Assembly (NCBI GenBank): GCA_038851325.1 | Contig: JAWCKZ010000004.1 | Location: 26,372 to 90,371, forward strand | Length of the DNA stretch: 64,000 bases | Direction of reading: 5' to 3' | Source: Candidatus Bilamarchaeaceae archaeon | GTDB lineage: Archaea; Micrarchaeota; Micrarchaeia; Anstonellales; Bilamarchaeaceae | In this document: positions 29,691-39,461 of the stretch, in pieces | Layout: each line of letters starts with the position of its first letter | Position numbering within the stretch: the stretch's first letter is position 1 | Notes under the pieces: model-generated | Told to the model about the DNA's origin: nothing | The model's database searches: none | The model's input: only the letters and a program-made list of their open reading frames with translations | Made by a program: the position numbers and the translations under genes

Positions 29691-30705
29691 AGAGTTTCAG
29701 TTGTCTCTCATTCTCGCGTTTTCTCTTCCTAAAACTATCTGTATCTTTTCTTAAAATCGCCTTTTTTAAAAAATACCTCACTGCTGCGCAGGAATTTTTC
29801 TTTAGTTCTTCATATGTTCGTACACTTTCTGTTTTTCCCAAAAGTTTTGGACGATAATCTATGTTATGGAACGGACTCATTAATAGGTCTCTCTGTTCGT
29901 GCGTTAATTTTTTACCTATAAGTTGATTCGGATCAGCGATCGTTTCCTTTAATCTCTTCAAAACAGGTTTTTTAAGATTGCTTATAATAGGCTCCAGGCT
30001 TACGTCCTCAACTGTGTCGTTTATAATCCGCATAAGAGTAGCCTCATATATTCTTTTGAACGTTTTCCAACCGTTGTGTGAGGCGGCAAATTCAGGATGA
30101 AACTGAAAACCAATAACCGGATTACCTCCGAAACATTCGGTAGCATCGACTATCTGGATGCCGCCGTTACTCGTAGCAAGAACTCTTATTTTGTCATTAC
30201 CATTACTTATACTTATTTTATAAGCATGATTCACTGGAAAGAGAAGGATATCTCCTGCTTTGCCTACTTCATCTATATCTTCGTAAAGAAGCACTTCCCG
30301 CGGACCTATCTCAAATTGTATTATCTTCTTTGACTCGTTTCCAACCACCTTTGCGATTGCATGAAGACCAAAACATATACCAAGTGTTGGCACCGAGGAT
30401 AGTAACGATTCTATCTGCGCAAGCGCTTTTTGAAGTTCTCTAGAATTTTCTGTTGTTGGCAGAGGACTGCCGGCGATTATGAGCAACTGAAAATCTTTCT
30501 CATCAAAATGGTACTCCTCTTTAAAGCAACGGATATGACGACAATTAAATAGGATATGAGAAAACAAATCCGCGCCATAGACTGCCTCTGATAGCATTTC
30601 TTTTATGATACGCGCAGTAAGCTGTTCATCATATTTTGTATAGTTAAGAGGAGTGTAATCTAAAATACCAACGTCAATCATCTTTTTCATGCATTGATTA
30701 GGCAT
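29683..30705 (-). CDS. Class I glutamine amidotransferase-like protein
   Basis: LGICFG nucleophile elbow; GFQFHPE. Confidence 0.8.
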   Translation of the reverse strand: MPNQCMKKMIDVGILDYTPLNYTKYDEQLTARIIKEMLSEAVYGADLFSHILFNCRHIRCFKEEYHFDEKDFQLLIIAGSPLPTTENSRELQKALAQIESLLSSVPTLGICFGLHAIAKVVGNESKKIIQFEIGPREVLLYEDIDEVGKAGDILLFPVNHAYKISISNGNDKIRVLATSNGGIQIVDATECFGGNPVIGFQFHPEFAASHNGWKTFKRIYEATLMRIINDTVEDVSLEPIISNLKKPVLKRLKETIADPNQLIGKKLTHEQRDLLMSPFHNIDYRPKLLGKTESVRTYEELKKNSCAAVRYFLKKAILRKDTDSFRKRKRENERQLKLSI

Positions 30706-30809
30706 GTTATAATTGTAGAAAGATTACGAATTTAAACCTGTGCCTGCTTCGTCGGGTCTATGGACTCAACAACACTAAAATATTAAAAATAAGTTAAAAG
30801 TAAAAGTGG

Positions 30810-31109
30810 CTAACAACCATACCTACCTGAAAGGGCTATCGCTGGAAGAAGACCTTTGCTGATTTCTTCAGTCATAACCTCTTTCTTTGAAAGCTCGCTT
30901 TTCTTTCGATTGCCGTTCTTCATAGATTCAATCGAATTTAATTTATTTGCTGCTACCAGAGACACGGCCCAGTCCTTGTGATTCAAAAGCTTCCTAAGTA
31001 ACCGTATCTGCTTTTTATGTCCAGCGCTTTCTATTTTTTTGTTGACATACTCTGTTGAGTTTATTCCTCCATTTTCTTCTGATTTTCTCATTCTTATGTT
31101 TGTACTCAT
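30810..31109 (-). CDS. Hypothetical protein
   Basis: 99-aa ORF overlapping the stop of the upstream HTH gene. Confidence 0.5.
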   Translation of the reverse strand: MSTNIRMRKSEENGGINSTEYVNKKIESAGHKKQIRLLRKLLNHKDWAVSLVAANKLNSIESMKNGNRKKSELSKKEVMTEEISKGLLPAIALSGRYGC

Positions 31110-31300
31110 ATGGTTTCACCTCGTGATTCATACAAATTTATGGCACGCCATGCAGTCATTGTTGAGACGCCGGCAAAATCAGCAATCTTCCTAATTCCCA
31201 AATTACTTGTCCAATACAACTTCAAAATTAGATTCAGTTTTTCCTTATCAATCACTCTGGGTCTTCCTCTGGCCTGGTCGCTGCCTAAAAGAGAGACCAC
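31106..31300 (-). CDS. Small helix-turn-helix protein
   Basis: GRPR...LGIRKIADFAGVSTMTAWRAI (resolvase-type HTH pattern). Confidence 0.7.
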   Translation of the reverse strand: MVSLLGSDQARGRPRVIDKEKLNLILKLYWTSNLGIRKIADFAGVSTMTAWRAINLYESRGETI

Positions 31301-31438
31301 CTCGATTTACTTTTCTTTTTCACACACTTCACCTCCGTTTACAATATACTTTGTTATAAATTAGAGAAGAAAAGTTTATAAAGACATGTATCATAACAAC
31401 ATCTCTCTTTTAAACCTTTTCACACATATGCAAACTTC

Positions 31439-32005
31439 ATGCAGTTCAGAAATAATGCTATGAGATTTAAAATCGAGACGACGTCTGGGGGTAATAGAGA
31501 GCAGAGCTCGCTAAAGAAGGTTCTGCTCAAAATCAACGCAATGCTTCTCGTAGCAGGTATTGCGGTCTGTGGCGCTCCCTGCTCTTTGCATGAAAAAAAT
31601 GAAATCAGCATTTCCCAAATAATCGAGCAGACGAAACAAAAAACCAAAGGAGGGAAGATAGAAGTAAGGAAAAGAGAGGGATTTTGCGCCGTCCACTGCA
31701 AAAAGGATGGTGAAGGACCGTTTAGTTCTAGAAAAACAGTTTATGAAGTGGATTTCTCGACTGATGGAGTATATCATAAGGAGTTTTACAGTAAAAATGG
31801 CGTGCTTATTGTTGAGGGCATAGGAAATGACACAGAACGATTGTTCAGGAACCCAAACTGGAAAGACACAACTGTAGCCGTTCGAGCGTTAAAGATCGGT
31901 GCTGTGTGGTATCCGATAGAAGATTACAAAGGCGAGGAAGCCGAAAGGCTCTGGGCAAAGGTCAAGTCGGGATGTTATCCCTACATGTCTAAAATGGAGG
32001 AATAA
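31439..32005 (+). CDS. Hypothetical exported protein
   Basis: Hydrophobic segment near N-terminus; start uncertain. Confidence 0.55.
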   Translation: MQFRNNAMRFKIETTSGGNREQSSLKKVLLKINAMLLVAGIAVCGAPCSLHEKNEISISQIIEQTKQKTKGGKIEVRKREGFCAVHCKKDGEGPFSSRKTVYEVDFSTDGVYHKEFYSKNGVLIVEGIGNDTERLFRNPNWKDTTVAVRALKIGAVWYPIEDYKGEEAERLWAKVKSGCYPYMSKMEE

Positions 32006-32113
32006 AAATCTTCTTTGAAAAAGCATTTTCATGGGTATTAGAAAACTCCTATTGAACTGGAGAATAGTACAATTTTTGTAATCATCATGACAAGCGGAAT
32101 AATTTAGAAAAAA

Positions 32114-32284
32114 CGCCCTCACGGGGATTTTCACCAGAGGAGAAAGTCCTCAGGGCTTTTGACCAAGCCCTTTACTTTTGCCCTATGAAAGGGAGGAGTC
32201 AAAAGTAATGGGTTCGAACCCCGGTCACAGGCTCCGGAAGCCTGTGTCCTTTCTGGCATCCAATCCAGGCTAGACCATGAGGGC
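32114..32284 (-). tRNA. tRNA-Arg(CCG) with two introns: 12 nt in the D-loop (32251-32262) and 85 nt at 59/60 (32128-32212)
   Basis: Acceptor GCCCUCA/UGAGGGC; anticodon arm CAGGC-UUCCGGA-GCCUG; T stem CGGGG/CCCCG; BHB helices CUGG:CCAG and UUCG:UGAA; spliced length 74 nt. Confidence 0.92.
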
Positions 32285-32423
32285 ATCTTAGATTTTTCGC
32301 ATCTTTGGTTTAAAACCTTTTATGAGCAACCGCCTCAAAAGGCCAAACGAAGGATGGTGCTGCTATGAAAATAGAGTGACATAGTGAAAAGGCTTAAATA
32401 TCTTACATGATTAGGTGTAGAAT

Positions 32424-34211
32424 ATGGCGGCAATATCAATTTCTAATAGACTTAATGCTCTCTCTGGCCCTTGCTGCTTAACAGACACAAAATCAATCAA
32501 TAAAGACATGCGTAAGGCAAAACTAAGCACGCTCGAAGAGAGGATATACCGAATTGCCGAAACCAAGAATATCAGAAACGATGTAGAGGGCATAATAAAG
32601 GCATTCAATATGACAGGAAATAACTACCATCAGTTTTTTAGAAAAAGACTGCTCGAAGCGCTACAGAGTGGAGCGCTTGAAAAGCCTGAACAAAGAAGGG
32701 CGCTCTTAACGCTCATAAGAGAAAACCCTGAAGCAGCGGATTCCATGCCTCGTGTTCTTACGAGAGAAAAAAACTTTCTTGGAGAATGTTATAACGCGCT
32801 TAATGAAAGTCAGATAGGAAGAGCAGTAAGGCTTGCGCGTAACAGAAGCCCAACCAACTGCCCGGAAGATATATCGAATACCATGGAGGGTATGATCAGA
32901 GAGGGCGCATTTGACGACATATCCGTAATAAGAGAAACAAGGTTAAGACTTCAAAACGCGTCTCTGGAGACCCCAGCATTTCAACTATCGCAAGCGACCA
33001 TTGCTAATTTAAATGGCGAAAACTTAGTAGCTTCTTATCTTTCGGGTTATTCGGCTGTTAAAACTGAACCTAAAACTAATTGTATAAGCGAGAGCAACGC
33101 AGAAAGAAATGCATTTACATTTGTTGACCAATTTAGCTCGATACAACACTTTCTAAATTTTAGGTTACTAAATTTACTAAGGGAGCGATTTGCAAGAAAG
33201 CGGGATCAAAGTTGCATTCTTCTGAGTGAGCACGAGGTAAATGAGACGTCTAATTTTCTACTAAAAATGTTCAACCACCCGCTCACTAAAAATAGTTTGC
33301 TTTACGAACAAAATGCAACAGGCAAAAACGCAGAAAAAATTGTTGAAATACTTTCCACGCGAAAGCTTTCCGCGCCTAATGCCAAAAAAAGCATGGCGCT
33401 GGTTAGGTTTGGAACCACTGACATAGGTTTAAGCAATTATCTTTGGACATCCTCTAAGAAACTTGAAGAAAAAAAACCTTTGCACGATGCTAAAAAGACA
33501 TACGGAACAAATGGTTTTGAATGGAAACCAAAAGAAGAAAAAGAAAGGAGCAAGCATGCTGAAAAGAGTAAGCACGCTGAATTAAGGAGTAAGCCTTACA
33601 AGCAGAATAAACCAATATATAAAAAGCTTGAAAAAGAAAGTTGGATCAAAAAGCCGAAATTGACAACCGCAAAGAGAGCACCAAAGAAAAAGCCCTTCAA
33701 GAGTGAGAGATCTGATGATGAAAAAGACAGAACAAAATTTATGAAGAAGGCAAAAGGGGTCAAGAAGATTTTGAGCAGCATAAAAAGGGAAAAGGCAAAA
33801 AAGGCGCTTTTATCAATGAAGAACTCACTTAGGAAAATAAAAGAAGAATTAAGAAAAATATCGAACCTGCTAAAGGCAATGGCGGTTATAACCAATTACA
33901 AAAACAGAACTGTTAAAACACATTACAAAAAAATAGAGAGGGAAACAAAAAAGATTGCGGACCGCGCTGTCTACACAAAAGAACCAAAAAATGTAAAAGA
34001 CGCCAAAAAAATAAGAAAATTAATTAGGGTAGAGGATGAGATAAAACTTGCCAAAGACATGATAAAAAAATTAAATAATAAAAAATCAAATCATGCTGTG
34101 CGTTATCATATTTTCGACTTCTTTAAAACGCCTTCTTCTGATGCTCGAACAAGAGTTTTGCGCAACAGCAAAATGAAGAACGCATGCGCCTACACTAGAA
34201 AGCCTAGCTAA
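32424..34211 (+). CDS. Hypothetical protein with very Lys-rich C-terminal half
   Basis: 595-aa ORF; no recognised family. Confidence 0.65.
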   Translation: MAAISISNRLNALSGPCCLTDTKSINKDMRKAKLSTLEERIYRIAETKNIRNDVEGIIKAFNMTGNNYHQFFRKRLLEALQSGALEKPEQRRALLTLIRENPEAADSMPRVLTREKNFLGECYNALNESQIGRAVRLARNRSPTNCPEDISNTMEGMIREGAFDDISVIRETRLRLQNASLETPAFQLSQATIANLNGENLVASYLSGYSAVKTEPKTNCISESNAERNAFTFVDQFSSIQHFLNFRLLNLLRERFARKRDQSCILLSEHEVNETSNFLLKMFNHPLTKNSLLYEQNATGKNAEKIVEILSTRKLSAPNAKKSMALVRFGTTDIGLSNYLWTSSKKLEEKKPLHDAKKTYGTNGFEWKPKEEKERSKHAEKSKHAELRSKPYKQNKPIYKKLEKESWIKKPKLTTAKRAPKKKPFKSERSDDEKDRTKFMKKAKGVKKILSSIKREKAKKALLSMKNSLRKIKEELRKISNLLKAMAVITNYKNRTVKTHYKKIERETKKIADRAVYTKEPKNVKDAKKIRKLIRVEDEIKLAKDMIKKLNNKKSNHAVRYHIFDFFKTPSSDARTRVLRNSKMKNACAYTRKPS

Positions 34212-34491
34212 TACGTATAAGATATATCTTTACCTGCTTATAATTTTTCATTTCTGCATAATGATTCATGAATTAAGACAAGTCAGGGATTTCTTGAACT
34301 CTTCGTACTCTTCTACGGTATCTTCGCCAGCCTTTACTAGACACTCTAAAAAACAGACTCTATCAGCAAGCTGCTTTACACCGCTTTTTCTTATTTCAGG
34401 GTCGCTATCTTTTATCATCTTAGAAAATGTTTCAAATGGGTAAATGTTTGGACACCAGCGCAATGTAAAAGAATGGCTGGCCTATTGAGCG

Positions 34492-35505
34492 CTATTTCTT
34501 CACAAGAAAATCTAACACGACTTGAACGACCTTCGGCGCGTATGGCCTAACTATTCTCCTGTTTTTTATTTCTACAGCAAGTTTTGCCCTTCTCGCCTCC
34601 TCAAAAATTCTTTTTTCTATTCCTTCATACGGATTCTCAATAGGACCGAAGGCATATATGTGTACAACACAACCATTTTTCGCTCCTGCAAACGCAACAT
34701 CCAGGAATTGATCCGCACTCCTGGGCAATGGCATTAGGATACGATCAGCGAAGTCTTTATACTTGCTTAGCACAATCGCTCGCGCATCGCCCATCTCTAC
34801 GATAATATTTTTTATTTTGTTTAATTTTATGTTTTCTTTCATGTACCTCACAGCCGCAGGGTTGAGTTCAATAGCCACTACATTGGCGCTGGGCTGTGAC
34901 TTTGCAATAATAAGAGGGAACGGGCCTACACCAGCAAAGAGTGCAAGGATGCGCTCTCCTGGTTTAACAAGCTCTGCTATTCTCTTTCGTTCATGACTTA
35001 AACGAACCGAGAAATAGACTTTCGCGACATCAAGCCGCATACGGCACCCGTGCTCTGTATGCAACGTCTCTGTTCTGTTCTCTCCAGCTATTATCTTTAA
35101 CGGGCGAACACGAAACTCGCTTTCTACTTTGCCGCACTTCCTCGCTACAACCTTGATGCGCTTATTTGCCTTTAAGATTGCATTAGCTATTTCGCTCTCT
35201 TTGTGTTGTAACTCCTCTGGTATTTCTATGATAGCGATATCCCCAACAACATCATATGAAGTAATCAAATTCTTAAGCTCCTCTTGAGTTAGAACACCAG
35301 AAAGAAGAACGCGTAGCTTCGCTCCGCGTTCTATCTTCTCTCCTTCCATCTCGACCGTGCTATAACCCTTTACGGGTTGTGTAACTGGAAAGTAAACAAA
35401 AGTTTCATCATGAAAGGCCTTGTAGTCCTTGACATAAAGACCTTCCGCAGTAAGCATCTGTTTTGCTCTCTCAGCCTCTTTCTTAGGCACCTTTATAAAA
35501 AGCAT
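34492..35505 (-). CDS. trm5: tRNA (guanine-37-N1)-methyltransferase, Trm5/Tyw2 family
   Basis: YDVVGDIAI, VYFSVRLSHER, LFAGVGPF, ELNP, RILMPLP. Confidence 0.85.
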   Translation of the reverse strand: MLFIKVPKKEAERAKQMLTAEGLYVKDYKAFHDETFVYFPVTQPVKGYSTVEMEGEKIERGAKLRVLLSGVLTQEELKNLITSYDVVGDIAIIEIPEELQHKESEIANAILKANKRIKVVARKCGKVESEFRVRPLKIIAGENRTETLHTEHGCRMRLDVAKVYFSVRLSHERKRIAELVKPGERILALFAGVGPFPLIIAKSQPSANVVAIELNPAAVRYMKENIKLNKIKNIIVEMGDARAIVLSKYKDFADRILMPLPRSADQFLDVAFAGAKNGCVVHIYAFGPIENPYEGIEKRIFEEARRAKLAVEIKNRRIVRPYAPKVVQVVLDFLVKK

Positions 35506-35616
35506 TCCAACACGCCTCAACACGCCCTGACCCATTTGAGAGTAGTCTTTTAAAACACTCTCTTATATCTAACTAACAAAAGGAATAAAAAAGGATTAAA
35601 AACAAAAGGGGTACTT

Positions 35617-36090
35617 ATGGAAAAGATAATCAACGCCATAGTAGATGGAGGAAAAGCAACAGCTGGTCCGCCACTTGGTCCTGCTCTTGGTCCGCTTGGC
35701 ATAAACGCAGGACAGGTGGTGACAAAGATAAACGAGGAGACCAAGGCATTCGCAGGCATGAAGGTGCCGGTAAAGGTTATAGTGAACACTGAGACAAAGA
35801 CGTTTAAGATAGAGATTGGCACACCACCTACAGCAGAACTACTCAAAAGGGCTGCGAAGATAGAGAAAGGTGCTGGAACAAGAGAAAACTGGGCTGGTGA
35901 GGTAACGCTTCAACAAGTCATCGAAATCGCAAAATCAAAAACAAGTTCGCTCGGAAAGACGGTAAAGGATAGAGCAAAGGAAGTATGCGGAAGCTGTACG
36001 AGCATTGGAATAAAGATAGATGGAAAGAATCCAAAAGAAATCATCAAGGAAATAAACGAGGGAAAACACGATTCGCTCTTTACGAGTTGA
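35617..36090 (+). CDS. rpl11: Ribosomal protein L11
   Basis: GGKATAGPPLGPALGPLG. Confidence 0.96.
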   Translation: MEKIINAIVDGGKATAGPPLGPALGPLGINAGQVVTKINEETKAFAGMKVPVKVIVNTETKTFKIEIGTPPTAELLKRAAKIEKGAGTRENWAGEVTLQQVIEIAKSKTSSLGKTVKDRAKEVCGSCTSIGIKIDGKNPKEIIKEINEGKHDSLFTS

Positions 36091-36094
36091 ATGT

Positions 36095-37762
36095 ATGGGA
36101 AGGAAGTACTTTCTGTGGGTATATCTCTTTCTGCTCCTTTCCTCTCTCTCTTTTTCCGCCCTTGCATGGGAGCAGAATGTAGGGGGAAAGCAGACGACAG
36201 AACCAATAATGTTTCATGATAAAATAGCGATCGCTTCATCGGATGATAAGGTTTATCTCATCGAGCCGACCAACGGAAAGGTTGTGTGGAAAACGCCTGT
36301 GGAAGATGCTATCCAGCTCATAGAATACGGTGGAAAACTCATAGTGTTTGGAAGAAACGGAAAAGTGACCGCCATTGATCGGGATGGAAAGAACGCATGG
36401 ACCTATGATTTTGGTCAGTTTAATGTAACGACACTATACGGTGCCGGAAAGAATTCAAAAGGAATGTATGTTGCAACAGACAAAGGAATCTTCAGACTGG
36501 TAGAGAACAACGCAATTCAGATTTATTCAAAAAATGATAGTTATACACGACCGGCTGTTGAGGAGAGTTTCATTATCTTCGGTGTTGGAAAGAACATAGC
36601 AAAGATAGATCTAAACGGGAACGTTCTTTGGACGAGGGAACTCGATAAACCTATTTGGAAATCGTATCCTATCGTATCGGGACAGGCGGTTTATTTTGGC
36701 GCACTCGACAACAAATTTTATGCGTTTACAATCTCTGGGGGGCACAAGATATGGGAGGTAGTAACTGGCGGATGGATTATAGCCCCTGCAATCATAGATA
36801 GAGGTATAGTATACTTTGCAAGCAACGACGGTTATTTGTATGCTGCAAATAGCGAGAGCGGTTCTCTCTTATGGAAGAAAAGAATTGGTACAGCGGTCAT
36901 GAGTGGGTTGAACTCTGGAATTATCGGGGACAAGAGCGCGGTATTTGCAGGTGGAACAGACGGGACCGTACGCGCACTGAGTGAAGATAATGGCAAGTTT
37001 CTATGGGAGGCTACAGCAATGAGTAGGGTTGGAAAACCCATAATTTACAGAGACCTCCTAATATTCGGTTCTGATGATGGTTATACCTACGCCTATAATA
37101 TGGAACGTACCTGTTCTATTCAATCCCCCAGCAACGGTGAACGGTTTGGATACAAAGAAGTAGTTATAAGCGGAACATCTGTATCAAGAGTCGGCGAACA
37201 GCGTGTATTTATAAGCATAAACAACGGCGAATGGATAGAAACTATAGCCTCAGAAGAAGAGGGCACATGGGCGTATTATCTAAATCCGCAAACCGAACTT
37301 AATGAAGGTATGAACACTATATCCTGCAAGGTCATTGACATGGGAGGAGAGGAAAGTGGGGTTGCGTATCCCACTGTTAATGTTATTCGCGATTCAACAA
37401 TCCCGCTTGATTCTTTTACAATCATACCTTTTCCAAGCAAACCCCTCGAAGGAGAGCCGTTTGTTGTATTTGTAAACAGCAACTCTGATGGATTGCCGGT
37501 TAACAGGTTTACCCTAAGAATAAAAGAAACTGGCAATGAATATACCGGGGATAAAAACATAACTCTCAGAATCAACACAGCCGGAAGATACACCATAGAA
37601 GTAACAAAGATTGGATATAATAAAGGTGTGACTTATGTTGAGGTGGTCTCAAAGGAAATAAATCCACTTTATTTGATTATCGGGGGGGTTCTTCTTCTTA
37701 TAGTCTTGTGGCAACTTTATGAGAAAATAATAAGTAAAAAACTTAGAAGAGAAAAAGTATAG
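36095..37762 (+). CDS. Secreted PQQ-type beta-propeller protein with Ig-like domains and C-terminal TM anchor
   Basis: Repeated ...DG.LYA....G...W motifs; signal peptide; C-terminal TM. Confidence 0.85.
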   Translation: MGRKYFLWVYLFLLLSSLSFSALAWEQNVGGKQTTEPIMFHDKIAIASSDDKVYLIEPTNGKVVWKTPVEDAIQLIEYGGKLIVFGRNGKVTAIDRDGKNAWTYDFGQFNVTTLYGAGKNSKGMYVATDKGIFRLVENNAIQIYSKNDSYTRPAVEESFIIFGVGKNIAKIDLNGNVLWTRELDKPIWKSYPIVSGQAVYFGALDNKFYAFTISGGHKIWEVVTGGWIIAPAIIDRGIVYFASNDGYLYAANSESGSLLWKKRIGTAVMSGLNSGIIGDKSAVFAGGTDGTVRALSEDNGKFLWEATAMSRVGKPIIYRDLLIFGSDDGYTYAYNMERTCSIQSPSNGERFGYKEVVISGTSVSRVGEQRVFISINNGEWIETIASEEEGTWAYYLNPQTELNEGMNTISCKVIDMGGEESGVAYPTVNVIRDSTIPLDSFTIIPFPSKPLEGEPFVVFVNSNSDGLPVNRFTLRIKETGNEYTGDKNITLRINTAGRYTIEVTKIGYNKGVTYVEVVSKEINPLYLIIGGVLLLIVLWQLYEKIISKKLRREKV

Positions 37763-37783
37763 AGGCCGGGAGGAGGGGGTTGA

Positions 37784-38470
37784 TTGCCAGCTTTTAACAA
37801 GGAAGAGTTTAATAAATTTATAATAGAGCACAATGTCGTCGGTTTTTTTAAGGAGCCGATCACTCTAAAATCTGGAAGAAAATCAAACTGGTATGTGAAT
37901 TGGAGAACAGTCACAGAGGATACTTATCTTACAGATAAACTAACTGATTTTGTTATCTCTTTCGTGAGAGCGAGTCTGATAAAACCTGATTGTTTTTATG
38001 GTGTTCCCGAGGGTGCGACAAAGATCGCTGTGATAACGCAGTTCAAATGGGCAAAGGCTCAGATTGACTATAGCATTGGACGATATCCTCTGCCCATGGG
38101 GAGAGGAAAGCCAAAAGAACACGGGGATCCAAAAGATAGATACTTTCTAGGAATGCCAAAAGGAAAGACGGTTGTGATAGAAGATGTAACTACAACTGGT
38201 GGCTCTCTGATATCGGCCATCAAAACCCTAAAGGACGCGGATGTAAATGTGGTCGCTGCCATAAGCCTAACAAACCGAATGGAAAAGCGGGATGACGGCA
38301 AAACTGTTGAGGAGGTGGTATCCTCCCACGACGTAAAATATCTTGCTATGAGCGATGCGACCGAACTTCTTCCTATCGCTTACAGTAAGTTAAAACCGTC
38401 TCCAGATGTAGGGAAAAGGGTTGAAGAGTACTTCAAACTGTATGGGGTAAAGGAGGTAAAGCTTCTATGA
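37784..38470 (+). CDS. pyrE: Orotate phosphoribosyltransferase
   Basis: TLKSGRKS; PRPP motif VVIEDVTTTGGS; adjacent to pyrF. Confidence 0.88.
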   Translation: MPAFNKEEFNKFIIEHNVVGFFKEPITLKSGRKSNWYVNWRTVTEDTYLTDKLTDFVISFVRASLIKPDCFYGVPEGATKIAVITQFKWAKAQIDYSIGRYPLPMGRGKPKEHGDPKDRYFLGMPKGKTVVIEDVTTTGGSLISAIKTLKDADVNVVAAISLTNRMEKRDDGKTVEEVVSSHDVKYLAMSDATELLPIAYSKLKPSPDVGKRVEEYFKLYGVKEVKLL

Positions 38471-39165
38471 CTATAATTAAAAGAGAGAGAAGTATTGTTA
38501 TAGCGTGCGATGTTAACTTGAAACTCTATGAGAGAATACTGAAAGAAACTGCGGGCATGGAGACAGTTGGCGGCTACAAACTGGGATTCTATCTTGCACT
38601 CAGATATGGGTTACCGAAACTTGTTAAACTTGCACGCAAGTACACCGACAAACCGCTTATATACGATCATCAGAAGGCAGCAACAGATATCCCAGACACA
38701 GGAGAGAAGTTTGCCGAGGTCTGTAAGAACGCAGGAGTGGATGGTGTCATTCTCTTTCCACACGCAGGACCGGAAACAGAGAAAGAATGGATAGATGCCG
38801 CAAAACGGTTTGGCTTAGGCGTGATAGTCGGTGGCCTTATGACCCATAAGGGATATCTAAAAAGTGATGGCGGATACATAGATGACGATGCTGTACGCTC
38901 GATGTATCTTAATGCCGCAAAGCAGGGCGTGAATGAGTTCGTTGTTCCAGGAAACAAACCAGATAAAATTGCTGAGATAAAAAACATGCTTGAGACAGAG
39001 GGCGTTGAGCCGGTTTTTTATGCCCCTGGATTTATAGCGCAAGGTGGAAAGATTTCAGATGCTGCTAAGATTGCGGGAAAAAGTTGGCATGCTATCGTAG
39101 GGCGTGCGGTTTACGAGGCAAAAGACATAAAAAATGCTGTTAAGGAATTAGGCGCTGCTCTTTGA
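38467..39165 (+). CDS. pyrF: Orotidine-5'-phosphate decarboxylase
   Basis: GYKLG, DHQKAATDIPDT, APGFIAQGG, IVGRAVY. Confidence 0.88.
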   Translation: MTIIKRERSIVIACDVNLKLYERILKETAGMETVGGYKLGFYLALRYGLPKLVKLARKYTDKPLIYDHQKAATDIPDTGEKFAEVCKNAGVDGVILFPHAGPETEKEWIDAAKRFGLGVIVGGLMTHKGYLKSDGGYIDDDAVRSMYLNAAKQGVNEFVVPGNKPDKIAEIKNMLETEGVEPVFYAPGFIAQGGKISDAAKIAGKSWHAIVGRAVYEAKDIKNAVKELGAAL

Positions 39166-39179
39166 ATTTTAAAAAAGAC

Positions 39180-39438
39180 TGCTCCTGCCGGGATTTTCAA
39201 CGCGCCCAAAAGTCGATTTTGGGCACTTCTCCAAAAGCGCATTTGAACCCGGGTCTACGGAGTTCCCCACCACCCAAAGCGTCTGGGAAAAACCTCGGGG
39301 CTTTTGGGTAAGCGTAAGCCTTTTGCCCTAAGATTGACAAAAGTCAAAAGGCTTCGTGAGAGTCCGTCATCCTTAAACCGCATTCCGTCGCCCTACATAG
39401 GCGACGTTAAGCGTTTGACCGGTCTAGACTACAGGAGC
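39180..39438 (-). tRNA. tRNA-Glu(CUC) with three introns: 42 nt near 21/22 (39373-39414), 94 nt at 37/38 (39263-39356), 48 nt at 59/60 (39194-39241)
   Basis: Acceptor GCUCCUG/CAGGAGC; anticodon stem ACGGA/UCCGU with spliced loop CUCUCAC; T stem CCGGG/CCCGG; BHB UUCA:UGAA; spliced length 75 nt; D-intron boundaries least certain. Confidence 0.9.
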
Positions 39439-39461
39439 AAATAGACCCTGTAGCTTATTTT

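Noticed and set aside
29683..32113. Integrated element at the tRNA-Arg 3' end (same check at tRNA-Gly)
   Set aside because: No integrase and no duplicated tRNA 3' end found by eye
34266..34463. 65-aa ORF downstream of trm5
   Set aside because: TTG start without support; may be a gene fragment but cannot be assigned
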